This document shows, piece by piece, positions 58,081 through 64,000 of a stretch of 64,000 nucleotides of DNA (positions are counted from its first letter, which is position 1; every line of letters begins with the position of its first letter). Origin of the DNA: a bacterium. GTDB taxonomy: Bacteria; UBA8248; JACPRG01; G963555815. The translations under genes and the position numbers were made by a program. The stretch covers positions 768,001-832,000 of the forward strand of contig CBDHDG010000004.1 of NCBI GenBank assembly GCA_965261595.1, in the 5' to 3' direction. A model generated the notes under the pieces. The model saw only the letters and a program-made list of their open reading frames with translations, ran no database searches and had not been told where the DNA came from.

Positions 58081-59121
58081 TTAGTCCGTGGTTCCCCGTA
58101 TCGGCATAGGATTGGGTGTGGTGTCGAACGCCCCGAGGCCCACGACGGTCCGCAGGCCCGGCGGCTGGGAGCGGATCTCGTTGACGGCGCTCATGAGCCG
58201 GCCAATCGTCGCCCCGTCGCCGAAGATCCCGCCGGGGATCCGCAGCGTCAGGTCCGGCGTCCCCTCGATCTCGATCACGTCCTCGGGGTCCTTCGCCCCC
58301 ACGTACATTTGGATGCGGAGGTCGATCAGCGTCCGGCCGGCAAGCGTCCCCGTCGCCCGCTGATCGATCCCGGCCGCCTGCCCCGGCTCCACACGGACGT
58401 AATCCGTCACGACCGGCGCCTCGGCCACCACCGGGCCGAGGGTCTCGGTGATCTCCATCCCCTCCCACCCGAAGGCGTGGGCGATCAGGGCGACCGACTC
58501 CTGGAACCCCGCGTGGCCGAACTTGCCGCCGGCCGCCTTTTCACCGAACGCCTCGACACTGAGACCCGCCCCGATCTTCCGCTGGAGAGGCTCCCGCCGC
58601 AGGGAGGCGTCCACCGTCCGGTGGACGCGGATGGACGCGATCTCCGTGCAGTTCCGGCCGGTGTCCACGACGAGGCGATCCATCACAAAGCCCGGATTGA
58701 CGCCCGTCCCCAGGACCACGACGCCCTTTTCCTTGGCCATCCGGTCGAGCCTCTCGGCGGCTTGCCGGTGGTGCAGCGGCGCGAACGCGAGCTGTTCGGA
58801 GGAAGAGACGACGGAGCACCCCGCCTCAATGATCGTCACGAGCTGGGACAGGATGTCGGGAATGTAGGAAGAGGTCGTATGGAGGATCACGTCCGGCTTC
58901 AGCTCCTCGATGGCCTCTTTGAGGTCCGCCGCAACGGAGACCCCCATAGGGGGGGGCGAATCCAGCCCGATGGCCTCGGCGGCGTCCCGGCCCGCCAGGG
59001 CCGGGTCCACATCCACGGCGCCCACCCACTCCAGCCCTCTCCGGGAAACGGCCTCCCGGGCGAGGGCCCTTCCGATGGACCCCAGTCCGCAGCTCAGGCA
59101 CCGGACAACGTTTTCTGTCAT
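58081..59121 (-). CDS. 2,4-diaminopentanoate dehydrogenase (Ord)-like / DapB-like oxidoreductase
   Basis: GLGSIG Rossmann motif, GTGVNPGFVMD, GH.GF.ES, G..GD.AT. Confidence 0.8.
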   Translation of the reverse strand: MTENVVRCLSCGLGSIGRALAREAVSRRGLEWVGAVDVDPALAGRDAAEAIGLDSPPPMGVSVAADLKEAIEELKPDVILHTTSSYIPDILSQLVTIIEAGCSVVSSSEQLAFAPLHHRQAAERLDRMAKEKGVVVLGTGVNPGFVMDRLVVDTGRNCTEIASIRVHRTVDASLRREPLQRKIGAGLSVEAFGEKAAGGKFGHAGFQESVALIAHAFGWEGMEITETLGPVVAEAPVVTDYVRVEPGQAAGIDQRATGTLAGRTLIDLRIQMYVGAKDPEDVIEIEGTPDLTLRIPGGIFGDGATIGRLMSAVNEIRSQPPGLRTVVGLGAFDTTPNPMPIRGTTD

Positions 59122-59687
59122 AGCCACCTCAATGCGTTCAGGAGCCGGACGTTCTTGGGCCGGTCGGCCGCATTCTTTCCGATGTAGCGGAAGCGGACAA
59201 CGCCCTCCTTGTCAATGATGAAGACCGCGGGCCGGGCAATACCTTCGTCCGGGTGCAGGACACTGTAGCGCCGGATGACTTCTTTGTTCGGGTCGGGCAA
59301 TATGGTGAACTTGAGCCTCAGCGACGCCTTTGCATTCAGGGCGGTGTCGAGGTTGTCGGCGCTGACGGCCACGACCTGGGCCTTCAACGCCTTGATCTTC
59401 GACAGGTCGGATTGCAGCTGCACGAGCTGGGTGCGGCAGGATCCTCAGAAATATCCCCGGTAAAAGACGAGGAGCAGGTTTCCTCCCGCGAGCTGCTTTT
59501 TCAGATCAAAGCCTCCGAGCTCGAACGCGGGCGCCTTGTCCCCCACCTTGGGGGCCTTCGCCGTCCCCGCAAGGCCGCTTCCCCGGGCATGGCCGGGCGC
59601 CGCGAACGCGGCCAGGAAAAGGGCGAGAAGAATTCCGGCGGCGGCCGGACCAAATCGGCGGGTGAGTCTTGACATGACGGACTCCAA
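59118..59687 (-). CDS. Selenocysteine-containing peroxiredoxin-like (AhpC/TSA) protein, UxxC
   Basis: Two in-frame ORFs joined at TGA 59445-59447: LVFYRGYF-U-GSCRTQL..VAVSAD..ARPAVFIIDKEG; hairpin 3' of the TGA. Confidence 0.85.
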
Positions 59688-59869
59688 TCAGGGACCGGAT
59701 TTTTCAACACCTCTTGAGGATTATACCGCTTCCGGCGCAAAACCCATAAGGACCTCGCGTGGATGGCTTCTTGCCCGCCTTGTCCCACACTGTCTCCCTC
59801 CCCCCCCCCCCGCGCGGCGGGTTCGTCCGCTTGCGCCGCCTTTCCCGACAACGCCATACTGATTGCGCC

Positions 59870-61474
59870 ATGACCGGGTTCGAAGCATGGAGCATATTCT
59901 CGAATCGCTTCAAACGGGAGGCGGTCCACCTGGCCTTTTTCACGCTCTTTTTGATCTCCCTGGCGATGTCGCCCTCCGCCTGCGGCCGGAGCGCCGAGGA
60001 GTTCTCCGGATACATCACCGTCGCCCTCGAAGCGAACCCCACGAACCTGGACCCCCGCTATTCGCTGGACGTCGCCTCGTCGCGAATCATCCAGCTCGTC
60101 TTCAATCGCCTGGTCCGCAAGGACCGGAACGACCGCATCGTCCCCGATCTCGCGGTCCGGTGGGAACGGCCCGACCCCACAACGTACGTCTTCCACCTCC
60201 GCAAGGACGCCGTCTTCCATGACGGCGGGCCGTTCACCTCCGCGGACGTGGCCTACACCTTCCGATCCATCCTGGACCCCGAGTCGGCGTCCCCGAAGCG
60301 CGGAAGGTACGAGATCATCCGGGAGATCGAAACGCCGGACCCATTCACCGTCGTCTTCCGTCTGGCAAAACCCTTCTCCCCGTTCCTGTCGGAGATGACG
60401 GCCCACATCGTCCCGGTCCGGGCCGAGCGCGCTGGGAGCGGGTTCGGCCGGAAACCCGTCGGGACCGGCCCGTTCCGGTTCGTCCGGTTCGTCACCGATC
60501 AAGAGGCCGTCCTGGAGGCGAATCCCCGGTATCACGAGGGCCGCCCTCGCGTCGCGGGGGTGCGGTACAAGATCCTCCCGGACGGCCTCATCCGCATCTT
60601 CGAGCTTCAGAAGGGGACCGTCGACCTGGCGGTCAACGCCATCCCGCCCGATTCCCTGGCCCGGCTGGAAAAAACGCCCGGCCTGAAGGTGATCCGCGCG
60701 CCGGGGACCAACTTCTCCTACGTGGGTTTCAACCTGGAAGACCCCGTCCTCTCCAACCCCAAGGTCAGGCGGGCCATCGCCCACGCCATCGACCGGGCGC
60801 CCATTATCCGTTACCTGCTGCGCGGTCTCGCGCGTCCGGCGGCGGGGCTCCTGCCGGAAAGCCACTGGGCCTATCGCGAGGGCCTGAAGCCGGTCCCCCA
60901 TGACCCGGACCTGGCCCGGCGGCTCCTGGACGAGGCGGGGTTTCCAGACCCCGGCGGCGGCCGGCCCCGGTTCCGGCTCTCCTTCAAGACCTCTCAGAAC
61001 GAGACGCGAATCGAGATTGCCGAGGTGCTCCAGGAACAACTTCGCCGCGTGGGAATCGTCCTCGACATCCGGTCCTACGAGTGAAGCGCGTTTTTCTCAG
61101 ACATCCGCAAGGGTAACTTTCAGCTCTACACCCTCACCTGGGTGGGCATCACCGATCCGGACATCTACCATTACATTTTCCACAGCGCCAACGTCCCGCC
61201 CCGCGGGGCCAACCGGGGACGCTACCGGAACGGGGACGTGGACCGACTGCTTGAGCGGGGCCGGACGGCATACGACCCGAAAACCCGGCGCGAGGCGTAT
61301 GGGCGGGTCCAGGAGATCCTCGGGCGCGATCTCCCCTACATCAACCTCTGGCACGCGACCAACGTGGCCGTCCTGAATCAGCGCGTCCGGGGGTTCGTCC
61401 TCTATCCGGACGAAGACATGATCTCACTGAAAGAAGTCCGCCTGGCAGGCAACGGCGCTCCGGGGAGGCCCTGA
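59870..61474 (+). pseudogene. Peptide/nickel ABC substrate-binding protein, in-frame TGA at 61082-61084
   Basis: PDLA..W, FHDG, PVGTGPF, VRRAIAHAIDR motifs; SYE*SAFFSDI continues in frame. Confidence 0.85.
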
Positions 61475-61477
61475 ATC

Positions 61478-62400
61478 GTGCGGCGTTACCTCCTGCGCCG
61501 GGTTCTGCTGTTGATCCCCGTCGTCCTCGGCGTGGCGACGGCCGTGTTCTTCATCATTCACCTGATTCCCGGCGACCCGGTCGAGATCATGCTCGGGGAA
61601 CAGGCCCGGGCCGCCGACCGGGAGCAGCTCCGCAAGACCCTGGGGCTGGACCGGCCGTCCTCCAGCAGTACGTCCGGTTCCTCGGGGGGCTGGCGAAGGG
61701 GGACCTGGGCCGAAGCCTCCACCACCGGCGCGGCGTCGCGGGCCTGGTCCTCGAGCGCCTGCCGGCGACGCTTGAGCTGGGGGCGGCCGCCATGGCGATC
61801 GCCATCGCCGTCGCCCTGCCTCTCGGCATCCTCGCCGCCGCGCGCGCCCGATCCTGGCTCGACCACGGCTCGATGGTCTCCTCTCTCCTGGGCGTCTCCA
61901 TCCCCGACTTCTGGCTGGGGCCGATGCTCATCGCCCTCTTCTCCCTGCAGCTCAACTGGCTGCCGCCCTCGGGCCGGGGGGGGATCGAGCACCTGATCCT
62001 CCCCGCCCTGACACTCGGCACGAGCTTGGCCGCCATCCTGGCGCGTATGACGCGGGCCAGCCTCCTGGAGGCGCTTCCACGGGATTTCGTCCGGACGGCG
62101 CGGGCCAAAGGGCTCGCCGAGTGGGCCGTCCTGGTCCGCCACGGCCTGCGCAACGCCCTCCTCCCCGTGGTGACGGCGGCGGGGCTTCAGACCGGCGCGG
62201 TCCTCTCGGGGTCGGTCATCACCGAATCGATCTTCGCCTAGCCGGGAATCGGCCGGCTGACGATCGAGGCCATCGCCGCCCGGGATTACCCCCTGGTCCA
62301 GGGATGCGTCCTGGCCATCGCTCTGACGTACGTGGCGCTGAACCTCATCACCGACGTGGTTTACACGCTCTGCGATCCGCGCGTGAGATACGAGTCATGA
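61478..62400 (+). pseudogene. Peptide ABC permease (DppB-like), frameshift near 61660 and TAG at 62239-62241
   Basis: PGDP..GLDRP, TARAKGL, ESIFA*PGIG, RDYPLVQG motifs. Confidence 0.85.
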
Positions 62401-63224
62401 GACGGATCAACCTCTGGGCGGGCGCTACCATCGTGGCGGCGCTCATCGCGGCGGCCGTCCTGTCGCCAATCCTCCCCCTTCCCGGACCCTACGAGCAGCG
62501 GCTGGAAGCGCGCCTCGCCCCTCCCGGGGGAGAGGGTTGGCTGGGCCGGGACAGCAAGGGGCGGGACCTCCTGAGCCGGGTCGTGTTCGGGGCGAGGATC
62601 TCCCTCACGGTCGGTCTGGTGACGGTGGGGATCTCGGCCGCCGCGGGGCTGTTGATCGGCGCGCTGTCGGGCTACATGGGCGGCCTCGTGGATGAATCGC
62701 TCATGCGGCTGACGGACGTCTTCCTCGCGTTTCCGGGGATCCTCCTGGCTTTCGCCCTGATGGCGATCTTGGGGCCGGGGGTCAGAACGTGATTCTGGCC
62801 CTCTGCGTCATGGGTTGGGTGGGGTACGCACGGCTCGTCCGGGTCCAGGTGCTGGCGCTGAAAGGCGAGGATTACGTCACCGCCGCGAGGTCCCTCGGGG
62901 GAGGCGCCCCGCGGATCATCGTCCGCCACCTGCTCCCCAACCTCCTGGGCCCGGTCCTGGTGGAGGCCACCTTCGGCGTCGCCTCCGCCATCCTGGCCCG
63001 AGGCGGGGCTGAGCTTTCTGGGGCTCGGGACGCAGCCTCCGACCCCTTCCTGGGGCGCGCTCATGAAGGAGGGGCACCTCCGTCTTTTCGGGGCCCCCCA
63101 CCTGTCGTTCTTCCCGGGCCTCGCGCTTATGGTCACCGTCCTGGGGCTCAACCTCCTCGGCGACGGCCTGCGGGACCTGCTGGACCCAGGGATGCGGTTC
63201 CCGGGTAAATCCGGAGGCCGCTGA
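62397..63224 (+). pseudogene. Peptide ABC permease (DppC-like), frameshifts near 62790 and 63000
   Basis: [40 protein letters not shown] spread across frames. Confidence 0.85.
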
Positions 63225-63244
63225 GCCGCTTAACAAGTTTTCTA

Positions 63245-63274
63245 TTGACAGATTTCAGCTTGTCTCGGTAGGGT
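63245..63274 (+). promoter_or_regulatory. Possible sigma70 promoter
   Basis: TTGACA-N18-TAGGGT upstream of the last gene. Confidence 0.4.
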
Positions 63275-63388
63275 GAAAGCAAGTTCACCAGAGATTGGAC
63301 GCGGGGAAGGGCTCCATGCGGAGTCTAGATGTTTCGCGTTTAGCCGGGAAGTAACGGGGAATAAGAATTCCCGAAAGGAGGATTCGCC

Positions 63389-64000
63389 GTGAAACGAGCT
63401 GGGGGTCTGTCCATCATTCTCGCATGGGCGGTTACGGCCTCGGGTTTTGCCGGCGCCGCTGAGGAATCCGTCACATTCACTCAGGCATGGACCATTCAGG
63501 GAACAACCTCGCCTTTTTATGCCGCCATCGAGCTGGGGTATTACAAGAAAGCCAATCTGAACGTGAAGATCGTCCGGGGGTTCGGCTCCTCCGACGCTAT
63601 CAAGAAGGTGGCCGCCGGCGCTTTCCCTTACGGGCTCGGCGACGCCGGCGCCGTGGTGATCGCGCGCTCCAGAGGCGCCAACGTCAAACTGCTGGCCTTG
63701 GAAACCGCTCAGTCTCAGCACGCCTGGCACGCGCTGAAAGGGTCCGGGATTCGCACGCCCAAGGACCTCGTAGGCAAGACCACCGGCGGTCCCGCGGGGG
63801 ACGTCCACAAGACGTTGTTTCCCGCGTTCGCCAAGGCCAACGGCATCGACCCGAAGACACTCACCTGGGTCACCATGCCGTCAAGCGCCGAGATCGGAAG
63901 CCTGTTCACCGGCAAGGTGGACGTCATTCCCTTCTTCACCATCGTCGCCCCGTTCATCAGAGGAGCGGCCAAAAAGGCGGGGAAAGAGGTCGTGACGATC
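63389..64000 (+). CDS. NMT1/THI5-like ABC substrate-binding protein, 3'-truncated by window (absent from ORF track)
   Basis: AAGGAGG RBS; GTG start, signal peptide, PFYAAIELGYYKKANLNVKIVRGFGS, GIRTPKDL.GK. Confidence 0.85.
   Translation, partial: MKRAGGLSIILAWAVTASGFAGAAEESVTFTQAWTIQGTTSPFYAAIELGYYKKANLNVKIVRGFGSSDAIKKVAAGAFPYGLGDAGAVVIARSRGANVKLLALETAQSQHAWHALKGSGIRTPKDLVGKTTGGPAGDVHKTLFPAFAKANGIDPKTLTWVTMPSSAEIGSLFTGKVDVIPFFTIVAPFIRGAAKKAGKEVVTI

Noticed and set aside
61082..61084. Selenocysteine in the peptide-binding protein
   Set aside because: The position corresponds to Trp rather than a redox Cys, and adjacent genes carry similar lesions.
7080..62241. Stop-codon reassignment or pyrrolysine explaining the in-frame TAG/TGA codons
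   Set aside because: The replaced residues differ (Gln, Trp, others), TAA also occurs, TAG and TGA end many normal genes here, and indels are just as common.

Overview
GC-rich bacterial chromosomal window from a diderm (it has ExbBD and an anion porin); the many single-base indels and isolated nonsense codons suggest an unpolished long-read assembly or MAG. Content in order: 3' end of lipB, exbBD, a histidine phosphatase and a CPA2 antiporter-CBS pair; a surface-glycan cluster (GT4, PHP-like membrane protein, WbqC, PIG-L, DegT); a CoA transferase and tRNA-Val(CAC); an accessory stretch (nitrilase, BMP, DUF169, a chimeric protease/MTase junction, M20, LLM, BrnTA); a metal-uptake region (modC, modB, modA, porin, Fe(III) ABC, DtxR, tupA) containing an orphan flgM behind a sigma28-type promoter, a c-di-GMP-I riboswitch and a terminator; a nucleoside-type ABC transporter; a nested mobile region in which a repeat-flanked GxxExxY gene is interrupted by an IS3-family copy and by a transposase-less IS1595-type element carrying a single-chain R-M gene, itself hit by a second IS3 copy; an M3-like peptidase; tandem MetE-core paralogs; an hcrCAB-like Mo-enzyme operon with GntR; GMC oxidoreductase, BMP, isochorismatase, Rieske oxygenase and an Ord-like dehydrogenase; a UxxC selenoprotein peroxiredoxin; a Dpp-type ABC transporter and an NMT1/THI5-like binding protein. 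Best leads: (1) the GxxExxY cassette with 9-bp-unit inverted termini plus three ~125-130 bp gene-less copies sharing those termini (candidate uncharacterised mobile-element system); (2) the sigma28/c-di-GMP riboswitch/flgM circuit; (3) the IS1595-derived R-M carrier; (4) the selenoprotein split in two by the ORF track. All family calls are by motif recognition; no database searches were run.
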